Source of the DNA: Candidatus Obscuribacteraceae bacterium
Lineage (GTDB): Bacteria; Cyanobacteriota; Vampirovibrionia; Obscuribacterales; Obscuribacteraceae
Direction of reading: 5' to 3'
DNA length: 64,000 nucleotides
NCBI GenBank assembly: GCA_044226015.1
Contig: JBGAHS010000011.1
Location: 160,001-224,000 of the forward strand
Shown piece after piece: positions 19,092 to 29,406 of the stretch (its first letter is position 1; the number at the start of each line of letters is the position of its first letter). Made by a program: the position numbers and the translations under genes. The notes beneath the pieces were generated by a model that saw only the letters and a list, made by a program, of their open reading frames with translations, was not told where the DNA came from and did no database searches.

Positions 19092-21776
19092 ATGGCAAGC
19101 GATGGTGCCCCGGACATCGAAAATTTGGAAATTCTGGAGTTACTCGGGCAGGGTGGAATGTCCCGTGTTTTTAAAGCACGACAAATTGATTTAGACCGCA
19201 TCGTGGCTGTAAAAGTTTTGAACAAAGTTGCAGATGCCCAGGCAATGCAACGATTCAAAAACGAAGCTAAAAACACGAGTTTACTGGAACATCCAAATAT
19301 AGTCAGAACCCTCTCCTTCGGTCTATCGAAGGATCAACAACCCTTCCTTCTTATGGAGTACCTGGAAGGAAAGTCGCTGGCTGAGCTAATCGAGCAACAA
19401 GGAAGCCTAGATTATCGGCGCTTTCGCAACATCTTCTTGCCAGTACTCTCCGCGCTTCAAACAGCGCACGAAAAAGAAATTGTTCACCGTGACATCAAGC
19501 CTGGCAACATAATGATCTGCAAAGATGCAAGTGGAAATGAGCAAGCAAAACTTGTGGATTTCGGAATATCCAAAACCTTTATGACTGACTCCCAACAAAA
19601 CCTGACAAAATCTGGTGCTATTCTTGGATCACCTACCTACATGAGCCCGGAACAGTGCCAGGGTCAACAGCTGGACAAGCGCTCAGATCTCTATTCACTT
19701 TCCTGTGTCATGTACGAATCGCTTGTGGGCGAGCCTCCATTTTCTGGAGAGTCTATGCTCGAAATTATGCAGAAACACGTCGGAGGAGCGCTTCCTGAAC
19801 CTAAAGATGTACGCTCCAAAATCGACATCAATAAAGATCTACTAAAAACAATTCTCTGGGGACTGGAAAAAATTCCAGATTCACGCCCTCAATCAGCCTC
19901 CAACTTTGCTGAGAAACTAGCCAATGCGCTAGAACGGGTCACGCTAGACAAGCTTCCAATTTTGAAGCAACCGCATAAAAAACCAGCAGTTATGCTGGCA
20001 GTCATCAGCATCGCTGTTGCGGCTGGCTCTTCGATGCTGATAGCAAATAATAACAAGATGAAGACTATTTCGGAGCACGGACAAACTGTCACTGTTCAAC
20101 TCGACAAAAGGAAAGAAAAAGACCTGCAGGCCAAGTTGGCGAAAGCGATAGAAACGAGAAAACCACTACCAGTTATTAACGCCCTGCGTGAGCTTGCCGA
20201 TTACTATGAAAAAACTGGATACTACATACTCGAAGCTCGAATACTCGAACAAGTTTCAGCCCACACTAAAGTGAATAATTGTGCAAACAACAATGACCTC
20301 ATCAATCTAGCTAATGCCTATTGCAAATCTGAGTCATTCGAGAATGTAATATTTTTGCTGAAATCCAGAATGCCTGGTTTCACTAACGAAACGGAATACC
20401 TCAGGGCGGGCAATCTGTTAGCCGCTGCTAGTGTTGCCCTCAAATCTGCTGACTCCAGGCAAATCCTTCTAGATCTTCAGTCGAAAGAAAAGGGGTTGCC
20501 AGCACTTAACAGAGAAAAAATTGAAACCGATGCCCTTTATGCCAGGTATCTAATTAATGCAGGAAAATTAGACGAGGCAGAGGCATGTCTTAAGAAATTA
20601 GCAGAAAAAAGAAAATCGTTGCAGGAGAGCAATGATACCACCGAGACAAAGGTAAATCTTAGTGACACCTTGCTTGAGCTGGCAGAACTTGAAATAAAAC
20701 GGCAAAAGCCTGAAGAAGCGAGTATTTTTCTCAAATCAAGCATTGCGCTAAACGGAAACAACACTGAGCACAAGAGGCTGCTTCAAAATTCCATCGAATC
20801 GCTGAACATTCTTCAATCCCTTTATTTGAAAGACGGAGAGCTGAAGCTTGCAAAAAACTGCGAAGAAGAGACGACAAAACTACTAGAGGAATCGGTCAAA
20901 GTAAACGGCAAAAAGACACGACTGTCTGAGTACTTGCGTTCATGCAACAAAGACATGCAGTTTAGAGGAGGTATCGGAGACATCGATACCTGGAGACTAA
21001 GAGTCAGGCAAATCGACTATCTAAGCTCTGACCTGGGAAAGAGATACGACGTACTTCAGTACTTGACGGCAATGACAAAATATCAACTGATGCTTATTCG
21101 GGGTCCGCTCAAGGAGAGGCTTGCTACCTTGCACGAGTGCTTAATTCATAGCTATGACCAAACAGGTAAACCGACATTTGAGACAGGATTCGTGTTTTAC
21201 AACTTAGGAATTTTCGAAGAGACCGACATGAAAAAGTCTATCGACTATTTGAAAAAAGCCGATCTTATTTTTCGCAATCCTCAAACAGTGAAGTTACCCA
21301 TAGATTACGATTTTGCCCAGGCAAGAAATACAATCAATGTAAAGCATGTTCAGATTGCTATTGGTGATAGTTATCAGAAGGCTAAAGACTTCGAACAGGC
21401 AGAAAAGTACTACATCCTTGCCATAGAGCTAGCGGGAAAAGAAGATCCGATACAGCTCACCGACGCAGCAACGAGATGCGCAAAATTGCTGGCAATCGAA
21501 GGAAGGAAAGATGCCGCAGCAGAAATAATCAAAAGTGTTTCCGAAAAAGTTGCAAACAATCCCAGTCCACGTGCTACAGAATTACTAAGTCACCACATTC
21601 TTGAAAAACTACAGTTGCTCGAAAGTGTTGGGCTAAATTCCGAGGCAAAAGAATTAGCATATGCTCTCAGAAATGCAGCAGAAGCACACAACCTCACCGA
21701 AGTTAAATCAAGGATGGATATGTACTTAGAGATCATCTCCAAGACTGATGAGAAACGGTCAAAACAGCCTCTTTGA
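19092..21776 (+). CDS. Hanks-type Ser/Thr kinase with TM segment and C-terminal TPR-like region
   Basis: LGQGGMSRVF, VAVK, HRDIKPGN, DFG and YMSPEQ motifs. Hydrophobic AVMLAVISIAVAAG segment, then helical repeats. Confidence 0.93.
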   Translation: MASDGAPDIENLEILELLGQGGMSRVFKARQIDLDRIVAVKVLNKVADAQAMQRFKNEAKNTSLLEHPNIVRTLSFGLSKDQQPFLLMEYLEGKSLAELIEQQGSLDYRRFRNIFLPVLSALQTAHEKEIVHRDIKPGNIMICKDASGNEQAKLVDFGISKTFMTDSQQNLTKSGAILGSPTYMSPEQCQGQQLDKRSDLYSLSCVMYESLVGEPPFSGESMLEIMQKHVGGALPEPKDVRSKIDINKDLLKTILWGLEKIPDSRPQSASNFAEKLANALERVTLDKLPILKQPHKKPAVMLAVISIAVAAGSSMLIANNNKMKTISEHGQTVTVQLDKRKEKDLQAKLAKAIETRKPLPVINALRELADYYEKTGYYILEARILEQVSAHTKVNNCANNNDLINLANAYCKSESFENVIFLLKSRMPGFTNETEYLRAGNLLAAASVALKSADSRQILLDLQSKEKGLPALNREKIETDALYARYLINAGKLDEAEACLKKLAEKRKSLQESNDTTETKVNLSDTLLELAELEIKRQKPEEASIFLKSSIALNGNNTEHKRLLQNSIESLNILQSLYLKDGELKLAKNCEEETTKLLEESVKVNGKKTRLSEYLRSCNKDMQFRGGIGDIDTWRLRVRQIDYLSSDLGKRYDVLQYLTAMTKYQLMLIRGPLKERLATLHECLIHSYDQTGKPTFETGFVFYNLGIFEETDMKKSIDYLKKADLIFRNPQTVKLPIDYDFAQARNTINVKHVQIAIGDSYQKAKDFEQAEKYYILAIELAGKEDPIQLTDAATRCAKLLAIEGRKDAAAEIIKSVSEKVANNPSPRATELLSHHILEKLQLLESVGLNSEAKELAYALRNAAEAHNLTEVKSRMDMYLEIISKTDEKRSKQPL

Positions 21777-21790
21777 AAAGTCAGGCGATC

Positions 21791-22567
21791 TTATTGTGCA
21801 GCGTTCGAGGATTCAAGTTCACGCAAGCGAAGGCGCACACGTAAGTTGAATTCATTCAATTTGTACCTTGAGCATACAGATTCAAAGGACTTTGCCACAG
21901 CAATGGCTTCATTACTGCAATTACAGCGAGCTAGTGAATGCGTAATCGCAATCAAAGTTCCACCAGTTCGAACTGCATTTTCTTCTGTTAAGAGACTAAT
22001 TTCCTTCAGAAATTCCTGCAAGAGCCTGTCAACATCCACTTCTCTGTTCTCGCTTTTCAAAAAGATAATTAGCTTGGCATATGCGTTGATTTTCAAACTC
22101 AGGTCGGAACCACCTAATTCAAGTGCCCTTCTATAGGACTTCTCTGCCAACTCTTTTTTTCCAGCAGCCATATAAGCCGAACCCAGATTGCTGGCAGTCT
22201 GTAGCGCTGACAATACCGGCAAAAAAATATTTCGAAATCGCCGATAATCGAGGCTGCCTTGCTGTTTGATTATCTGTGCGAGCGATTTTCCTTCCAGGTA
22301 TTCAAGTAAAAGATAGGGTTGCTGATTTTTTGCGACTCCAAACGATATTGTCTTTACGATATTTGGATGATCCAAAAGACTCGTACTAACAGCTTCGTTC
22401 TTAAATCTCTGGATGGCATCTGTGTTAGCTATATTGGTTAAAACTTTCACTGCCACAATACGATCCAGGTCTGTCTGCCGCGCTCTATAAACTCGCGACA
22501 TTCCACCCTGGCCTATCAACTCCAGAATCTCTACATTTTCGATTTCGGGAGACCCATCAACCGGCAC
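21791..22567 (-). pseudogene. Internally deleted paralog of the adjacent kinase (N-lobe fused in frame to the last TPRs); pseudogene or pseudokinase
   Basis: Closely matches the 19092 kinase up to QQGSLDYRRFRNIFLPVLSALQTA, then jumps to SNLGSAY...AEKSYRRALEL. No HRD, DFG or TM segment. GTG 22567 aligns with the paralog start. Confidence 0.75.
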
Positions 22568-22719
22568 ACAACCCCCACCGACATTTCCAACCGAGAACAA
22601 AAGTTCAAACGGATTCTTAGTGTCAATAAAGAAAATATACCCCTACCAGTTGATTCAAAGCATAAAGTCGGAAATGTTCTCAGTCCCTTTTTTTGCGACT
22701 GTACGCAAAGCAGCTGCTA

Positions 22720-24120
22720 TTACTCACTTTCCTTTGGCTTGGTCACAACTAGATGATTCTCTTTAAGATCATCAGAAACATCGAGAGCAACAGTCTCCTT
22801 TCCGCTTAATCCGCTTGAGATTTCAACGTCATGCCCATAATCTCTTCCTAAAAGGACTTTGTTGTAGTGCAAATGATTGGCAGCGTCGACTATTGCCACG
22901 TACGTGCCGTCATTTCTGACCACGATGGCGTTACTCGGAACTATAATTGGCACTTCACTACGCCCAGTCATCAGCTCAACCTGCGCATACATGCCGGGAA
23001 GAAGTTTTCCATCCTTGTTTGGAATGTGCACCTCTGTCAGCAAGGTGCGAGACTGGGCATCTAATCCACCAGCTACTCTTTTCACGGTAGCCTTCACCAC
23101 CTGTGATGGCATTTCTGCAACAATAATATTAGCGCTGTCGCCTGCGTGAATTGATTGAAAATAGCTTTGTGGAACATTGACGAACACGCGCAATACATCA
23201 GTTCTTGCCATTTTTAGTAGCTCAGTATTCTGTCCAGTACTTCCAGCTGTAACAAGAGCACCAGCATCAACGTTTCTAGCTGTTATCACTCCGGCGGAAG
23301 GGGCGAGCACTCGCTGAAATGCAGCCAACTGCTGGTATTGCTCTACTGCAGCTTTCTTAGAATCAACTGCAGACCTTGCCACGGCAACTCTCTCATTGGC
23401 AGCAGCAACCTGAGACTCGGCAGTTCTTATGGATGCCTCTGCCGCCTCCAAACTGGCTTTATCGGCATCAACATTGTGTTGAGCCAGATCACGCTGTTCA
23501 AGACTCACTGCACCTTGCTGAGCCAACATCGCATATCTCTGAACCTGAGCCGTCGAATAGGTCAGGTCTGCGTCTATTTTTTTCGTACTGGCTCGTATAT
23601 TATCTACAGCCGCTTTAGACTGCTTATAATCAGCCTGTGCAGCTTTTAGCGCCGACTCCGATTGAGCGAGGTCAGCTCTAGATTGCTGTAGTTGTTTATC
23701 AATCTCTGGTGTTGCTATAACCATCAATAGTTGATTAACGGCAACTCGATCGCCGATATCAACCAAACGTTCTTTCAAATAACCACTGGTTCTTGCATAG
23801 ATTGGAATTTCTTGAATAGCTTCAATGTTGGCCGGTAGTATAAGTTTTTGCCTGGCATCGGCTTTCTTAGCGGGCACCACAGTCACGATCGGATGACTCT
23901 CTTGCTTACTAACAGCTTCTTGAGTTTTATTCAAATCTTGTTCGCGAGCAAGCCTGGGCAAAACACCTGCAATAACAATCAATGAAAGACCCAAAACAAC
24001 ACACGCAATAAAGACAGCTAGAGCAAAGGGAAACTCCCTCTTGGGCTCTTGCAATTGCCCCATCTCTGAAATAACGTAGCGTTCTGTCTTTTTCACCTTT
24101 CTTACTCTTTCATTGTTCAA
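22720..24120 (-). CDS. RND efflux periplasmic adaptor (MFP) subunit (start could be ATG 24063)
   Basis: N-terminal TM, IYARTSGYL...VDIGDRV, coiled-coil hairpin, APSAGVITARNVDAG and LLPGMYA. Confidence 0.92.
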   Translation of the reverse strand: MNNERVRKVKKTERYVISEMGQLQEPKREFPFALAVFIACVVLGLSLIVIAGVLPRLAREQDLNKTQEAVSKQESHPIVTVVPAKKADARQKLILPANIEAIQEIPIYARTSGYLKERLVDIGDRVAVNQLLMVIATPEIDKQLQQSRADLAQSESALKAAQADYKQSKAAVDNIRASTKKIDADLTYSTAQVQRYAMLAQQGAVSLEQRDLAQHNVDADKASLEAAEASIRTAESQVAAANERVAVARSAVDSKKAAVEQYQQLAAFQRVLAPSAGVITARNVDAGALVTAGSTGQNTELLKMARTDVLRVFVNVPQSYFQSIHAGDSANIIVAEMPSQVVKATVKRVAGGLDAQSRTLLTEVHIPNKDGKLLPGMYAQVELMTGRSEVPIIVPSNAIVVRNDGTYVAIVDAANHLHYNKVLLGRDYGHDVEISSGLSGKETVALDVSDDLKENHLVVTKPKESE

Positions 24121-24137
24121 CTAGACGGACTTTCTTG

Positions 24138-27100
24138 CTATTTTTTGGACATCTCAACGACAGATGGCTCATCGAGCTGACTTACTGGTTTCCACTTAAC
24201 TTTGTTTCGAATCAAAACAAACACACAAGGCACAAAAAGAAGTGTAGCGGTAGTTGCAACCAACAACCCACCTATCAAAGCCCTACCTAACGGGGCATTC
24301 TGACTGCCACCTTCTCCTAGCCCTAACGCCATTGGAAACATTCCAATAATCATTGCAGCAGCCGTCATAATGACTGGACGAAATCGAGTGTAGCCGGCCC
24401 TGAGAGCTGCCTCAAAAGGCTCAAGCCCCTCAGCGAGCTGTTCGTTAGCAAATGTAATCAGCAAGATGCTATTGGCGGAGGCGACCCCAATACTCATTAT
24501 TGCACCCATCAGAGCAGGAACACTAAATGTTGTTTGAGTAGCGAAAAGGGCAAGAACAATGCCAGCGAATGCGCCTGGAATTGCCATCAAAATGATAAGT
24601 GGATCGATCCAACTTTGAAAGTTCACAACCAGCAGCAAATAAACCAAAACCAACGCAAAACAGGTTCCCGTAAATAAACCTGTAAAAGCGTTATTCATTG
24701 ACTCAGATTGACCTCGAACGAAAATTTGCGTTCCTCTGGGCAACTTCGTAGCAGCCACAATTTTTCCGATGTCTTTGGCAACACTACCGAGGTCTCTGTT
24801 TTGAACATTGACAAAGATGTCGAAGACAGGAGCAATCTTGAAGTGACTAACAATTGCCGCACTGCTATTGCGCTTAAGTCCAGCCATATTAACCAGCATT
24901 TGAGGCTTTGCTTTGTGGTCTTGGGTGGTCAAAACTGTCGACATAATGTCATCGACCGAATTGATTCTGTACGTGGGCATTTGTACTGCCAACGCATAAC
25001 TCACACCATTCTTGGGATTGACCCAGAAATTCGGAGCAACCTGCTGGCTTGATGCCAGCATAATTAGCAACGAGTTCGCGATATCTCTTTGAGTGAATCC
25101 CAACTGGCTCGCCTTGCTTCGGTCCACATTTATCTGGAGCTGGGGTGCATCAACAACCTGATGCAAGGTGACATCTACAGCACCTTTTACCTCAGTAATC
25201 TTGCGCTTCAAATCCTCTGCAATGCTGTAATTCTTCTTTTTGTCTCGCCCTGTAACTTGAATATCAATGGGAGCCGGTAAGCCAGCATTCAAAATCTGAC
25301 TCACAATATCCGCAGGTTGGAAGAAGAATCGCACATCAGGGAAGTCTTTGCTAAGCATTTCGCGAATCTGGCGACGATATTCAAATGAAGATTTTTTTCT
25401 CGATTCTTTAAAGGAAATGAGAATCTCACCGTCGAAATTGCTCATCGTGATGTTATCGCCATAAGCCAGATTGATACCGCTAGTAGGAATACCGATGTTA
25501 TCAACAACAGACTCAATTTCGCCAGCTGGAATTAACCGACGAATAGCGCCTTCAACTCTTCCAAATAAACGCTCAGTCTCCTCAATTCGAGTACCTGTTC
25601 TTGCCTCCAAATGAAGACGAAGCTGCCCCCCATCTACCTCTGGAAAGAAGTCTTGACCCACAAAAGGTGCAAGACAAAAGGCAGCAGCATAAAAAATAAG
25701 AAAGACAAAAATGCAAAGAACTTTTCTCTGCAGCAAATACCCTAGCATTTCACCATACTGATCACGTAAAAATTCGAAACCTCGATTCACATAATGGTAT
25801 AAGAATGAGAATGGTCCTGTAGGCACCTTCATCGCCGTAGCTGAAACGGCACCACTGTGCTCTTTATGCATGTCCATCTCAGCACCCATGAGATAACGAG
25901 CCATCACGGGCACAAGCGTTCGAGATAACAAATAAGACATCATCATCGCGAAAATAACAGAAAGCCCAAGCGGCACAAAGAGAGACTTAGCAGGTTCCGA
26001 CAACATAAACACCGGAACAAACACTATACAGATTGATGTTGTTGAAACGAATGCTGGTACAGCTATCTGCTCAGCTCCATCTAGAATCGCCTGGACGATT
26101 GGTTTACCCATAGCAAAATTACGATGAATATTCTCAACTTCTACTGTTGCATCATCCACCAACATACCGACTGCAAGAGCCAGACCACCAAGCGTCATAG
26201 TGTTAAGAGTCTGATTGCAAGCCCAGAGACCAACAACAGCTGCCAGAATTGACAGTGGAATTGAGGTCGCAACAATAAGTGTGCTTCGCCAACTTCCTAG
26301 AAGCAAAAGTATAAGCAATGCAGTTAGCGCTGCAGCGGTCACAGCCTCTTTGATGACACCATCAATTGCATTTTTTACAAATTTGGACTGATCAGACAGC
26401 ATATGAACTTTGAGCTCTGGAGGCAGTGTTGCCATCACCTTTGGTAACGCCTGCTTGATTCTATCCACCACAGCAATCGTGGATGCTCCACCTTGTCTAA
26501 GAACGTTCAACAAAATCGAGCGGCGTCCATCCTGGTGCACTATATTTGTTTGAACTGCATAACCATCATGAACGTTGGCTACGTCACGCACATAAACAGT
26601 AGCGCCATTAACCTGTTTCACAGGAAGATTGTTGAACGCTTCAATGACGGAAGGACTGCTATTCAGCTGCACAGCGTACTCAGTGTCTCCAATCTTGGCT
26701 GTTCCAGTGGGGATAATCAGATTCTGTGAGTTGATCGCCTGGCTAATATCGTAGGGAGAAAGATTGTTTGCTTGAAGTGCGGTTGGAATCAGATCCACCA
26801 TCACTTGTCGCGCCTTACCTCCGTAGGGCAAGGGTATGGAGCACCCTTCGACACCAGAAAGTTGGGTTCGAATAAAATTCATGCCAAAGTCATACATTTC
26901 AGACTCAGAGAAGACTTTACTTCCGAGACCAAGCTGGACAATCGGAACGTCAGAAGCATTGAAGGATGTAATCAAAGGCGGTGTCACACCAGCCGGAAAA
27001 GCTTTCAATAGAGTCTGACATATACCGGTGATACTTGCGACACATCGCCCCATATCAGCGCCCTGGTGCAAGTAAATTTTAATTACCGAGAGACCATTTA

Positions 27101-27356
27101 GAGAACTTGACTCCATGTGGTCAATATCACTGGTAACTGTTGTTATCGCTCGCTCACAAATAGTGGTCATTCGGCTTTCCATTTCTTCGGCAGGAAGCCC
27201 CGAATATCCCCAGATAACGCTAACAACAGGAATATTTATAAATGGAAAAATGTCGGTTGCCATTCTCGACGCACCAACGAAACCGAGTATCGCAATGAGA
27301 ATAGACATCACGACAAACGTGTATGGTCGCCTGAGCGCTAATTTTACAATCCACAT
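24138..27356 (-). CDS. RND efflux permease (AcrB/NolG-like)
   Basis: MWIVKLALRRPYTF, GMLVDDATVEVENI, RFRPVIMTA and PLGRALIGGL. ATG 27356 is preferred because the track start 27407 lies in the -10 box. Confidence 0.94.
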   Translation of the reverse strand: MWIVKLALRRPYTFVVMSILIAILGFVGASRMATDIFPFINIPVVSVIWGYSGLPAEEMESRMTTICERAITTVTSDIDHMESSSLNGLSVIKIYLHQGADMGRCVASITGICQTLLKAFPAGVTPPLITSFNASDVPIVQLGLGSKVFSESEMYDFGMNFIRTQLSGVEGCSIPLPYGGKARQVMVDLIPTALQANNLSPYDISQAINSQNLIIPTGTAKIGDTEYAVQLNSSPSVIEAFNNLPVKQVNGATVYVRDVANVHDGYAVQTNIVHQDGRRSILLNVLRQGGASTIAVVDRIKQALPKVMATLPPELKVHMLSDQSKFVKNAIDGVIKEAVTAAALTALLILLLLGSWRSTLIVATSIPLSILAAVVGLWACNQTLNTMTLGGLALAVGMLVDDATVEVENIHRNFAMGKPIVQAILDGAEQIAVPAFVSTTSICIVFVPVFMLSEPAKSLFVPLGLSVIFAMMMSYLLSRTLVPVMARYLMGAEMDMHKEHSGAVSATAMKVPTGPFSFLYHYVNRGFEFLRDQYGEMLGYLLQRKVLCIFVFLIFYAAAFCLAPFVGQDFFPEVDGGQLRLHLEARTGTRIEETERLFGRVEGAIRRLIPAGEIESVVDNIGIPTSGINLAYGDNITMSNFDGEILISFKESRKKSSFEYRRQIREMLSKDFPDVRFFFQPADIVSQILNAGLPAPIDIQVTGRDKKKNYSIAEDLKRKITEVKGAVDVTLHQVVDAPQLQINVDRSKASQLGFTQRDIANSLLIMLASSQQVAPNFWVNPKNGVSYALAVQMPTYRINSVDDIMSTVLTTQDHKAKPQMLVNMAGLKRNSSAAIVSHFKIAPVFDIFVNVQNRDLGSVAKDIGKIVAATKLPRGTQIFVRGQSESMNNAFTGLFTGTCFALVLVYLLLVVNFQSWIDPLIILMAIPGAFAGIVLALFATQTTFSVPALMGAIMSIGVASANSILLITFANEQLAEGLEPFEAALRAGYTRFRPVIMTAAAMIIGMFPMALGLGEGGSQNAPLGRALIGGLLVATTATLLFVPCVFVLIRNKVKWKPVSQLDEPSVVEMSKK

Positions 27357-27405
27357 AAGCCTAAATACTTCAGGGCCAGGGACGGCTAAACTATCCGACG
27401 CACCC

Positions 27406-27442
27406 ATTATAGTTTATAAGAATGTTTCTTACAAACTATAAT
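27406..27442. promoter_or_regulatory. 37-bp palindromic operator overlapping the RND promoter (TTGTAA-17-TATAAT on -)
   Basis: ATTATAGTTTATAAGAA-TGT-TTCTTACAAACTATAAT: 17-bp arms with one mismatch. On -, the -35 is at 27434-27429 and the -10 at 27411-27406. Confidence 0.8.
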
Positions 27443-27528
27443 TTGAAAAACCTTGCCCATTCAGACTTTTATTGGCACAGTTTTCGTTGTATGCTAAGAT
27501 AGCAAGTGTTATTTTCGGGGTAGCTGAT

Positions 27529-28461
27529 TTGCAGACTGTTCTACCAATAGCAAAGGAATACGAGCCGTTTCTCACCAGGCGGTCAATTGGCTATCGATTG
27601 AAAAAGCTATCTGCAATTTTGAGCAGAGAAATAAATTTGGAGCTTGAGCCATTTGATCTGACAAGAAATCACTGGACCATTCTGGGTTGCCTCTGGCAAC
27701 AAAATGGGGTTTCTGTCAGCGAAATCTCGCAACAAGCGCAGCAGATAGGTGGAACCATAACCGGCGTTCTTGACAGAATGGAAAAGAGAAAGCTATTGAA
27801 GCGCAAGCGAGACAGAAAAGACAAACGAATCTGGCGAGTACATCTCAGCGATGAGGGAGTTGCTCTTCTAGATGTACTGCCACCAGTGGTGAAACGACTG
27901 TGGGATAGAGGTCTGACTGGTTTCACAGAGGAGGAGAGAGTTAGATTCTCAAACCTGATCGATCTCGGCATAAGAAATCTCTGCCCGGACTATTTTGCTC
28001 ACTTGCCTGAACGACAGTTCAATCTTCCCTATCAATCCTATTTGCCACCGAACTCTCTCGGCTACAGGATCAAACTTTTAGCCTTGGCTATGGGCCGAAT
28101 ATTCACAGACAAAATCGCGGAGAACAATGTCACAGTCAGTCACTGGATTGTTCTCTGCAGACTCTGGCAATCGGATGGAGTTTCTGTTTCAGAAGTAGGC
28201 GGCTACATTGAGCAGATCGGCGGCACTGTTTCTGGTGTGCTCGAGCGCATGGAAGACCGTGGTCTTATCGAAAGGAAGCAAAACCCAAACGACAAGCGCT
28301 GCTGGAAAGTTTTTCTCAGCAACGCTGGTGCAGAATTAGCAAATGTTTTGCCACCTAAAGCTAAGGCAGTTCTTGATCAAATGCTTTTTCAAATGAGCGC
28401 AGATGACCTGGAGTTCTTTAGCTCTTCGATTGATCGTTTGATTGCAAACTTCAGCGACTAA
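27529..28461 (+). CDS. Tandem two-domain MarR-family regulator
   Basis: Two copies of S.GYR.K.L...HW..L..LWQ..GVSVSE...QIGGT..GVL.RME.R.L..RK....DKR.W.V.LS..G. A promoter-like TTGGCA-17-TAAGAT (27472-27500) and a GGGG RBS favour TTG 27529. Confidence 0.88.
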   Translation: MQTVLPIAKEYEPFLTRRSIGYRLKKLSAILSREINLELEPFDLTRNHWTILGCLWQQNGVSVSEISQQAQQIGGTITGVLDRMEKRKLLKRKRDRKDKRIWRVHLSDEGVALLDVLPPVVKRLWDRGLTGFTEEERVRFSNLIDLGIRNLCPDYFAHLPERQFNLPYQSYLPPNSLGYRIKLLALAMGRIFTDKIAENNVTVSHWIVLCRLWQSDGVSVSEVGGYIEQIGGTVSGVLERMEDRGLIERKQNPNDKRCWKVFLSNAGAELANVLPPKAKAVLDQMLFQMSADDLEFFSSSIDRLIANFSD

Positions 28462-29155
28462 TATCGACTCGAATAGCAACTTTTCGAATAACGTCGCGTA
28501 TAGTTTGTGCTTCATCAATGTCACGCTGATGTAATTGAGAAAGCTCTTTTTCTCGAGCTGTCATGGAATTCTCCACAGCCTTACGAGCATCGTTTACATC
28601 ATCAAACAATTTGCTCAACCTTGGATGATTTTGCAAACCATCATGCACTCGAGCTGTTCGATCTTCAGCCGTCTCACCGGGCTTCCACTGCAACAAGGTC
28701 AGCACTCTTTCATACTCTTTGCTGGGCAGATTTCTTGCTTTATCAAAGAGCTTGTTTGTCTTATTGGAATAATCCTCATCCAGAGCGGACCTTCCTGGAA
28801 CTTTTTCAGCTTCTTTCTCCATTTCAGACTGCCGCCCGGCAGCGTCTTCTTCCAAACTCACTCTCAATTTTTGCGATGCTGGACCAAACTTCAAAACAGC
28901 GGCTTCCTTATCGGCGGCTGCAGCAAATTCTCCAACCAATTTCTGAAACTCCACCATTTGCGGTGAAGCGTCGTCATGTTTTCCCTTCGAAAAATCGGTC
29001 AACTCTTTATCTAGCCTGGCCGCGACATCATCTTTAGATGCAGCCTCCTGAGACTTCTCGACTGCCACAGTCCGTTCATTAGCCTCTTCGAGAAAGGCTG
29101 TTCTCGCAACTGATTCCTTAACTTCTGATGCCCGCGTGAAAACAAAGTCTTCCAT
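28451..29155 (-). CDS. Hypothetical helical, charged protein
   Basis: Open frame with GGGGAG RBS before ATG 29155. No recognised motif. Confidence 0.65.
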   Translation of the reverse strand: MEDFVFTRASEVKESVARTAFLEEANERTVAVEKSQEAASKDDVAARLDKELTDFSKGKHDDASPQMVEFQKLVGEFAAAADKEAAVLKFGPASQKLRVSLEEDAAGRQSEMEKEAEKVPGRSALDEDYSNKTNKLFDKARNLPSKEYERVLTLLQWKPGETAEDRTARVHDGLQNHPRLSKLFDDVNDARKAVENSMTAREKELSQLHQRDIDEAQTIRDVIRKVAIRVDISR

Positions 29156-29406
29156 GTTAAAGACTCCCCAAAAAGCAGTGTTAGCCCCAAGCATTCCAAT
29201 ATCACCATAATCAGCAAAAAGCCTCCGACCAATGTGGTAAACACCACACAGAAATTAATACGGCCTTATCTTCTTGAATCAATGTTTCTTGTTGCAGCGC
29301 AGCTCTCGATTTACTGCTTAATAAACAGGTCTTCATCTAAGCTCGGAGATAAAGTTAGCTACCAACTTCAATATAATTCAGAACAAGACAAATGCAGGTG
29401 CGGTAA

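Noticed and set aside
28507..29037. Plus-strand ORFs of 176 and 143 aa
   Set aside because: Opposite a minus-strand ORF that has a good RBS and more protein-like composition.
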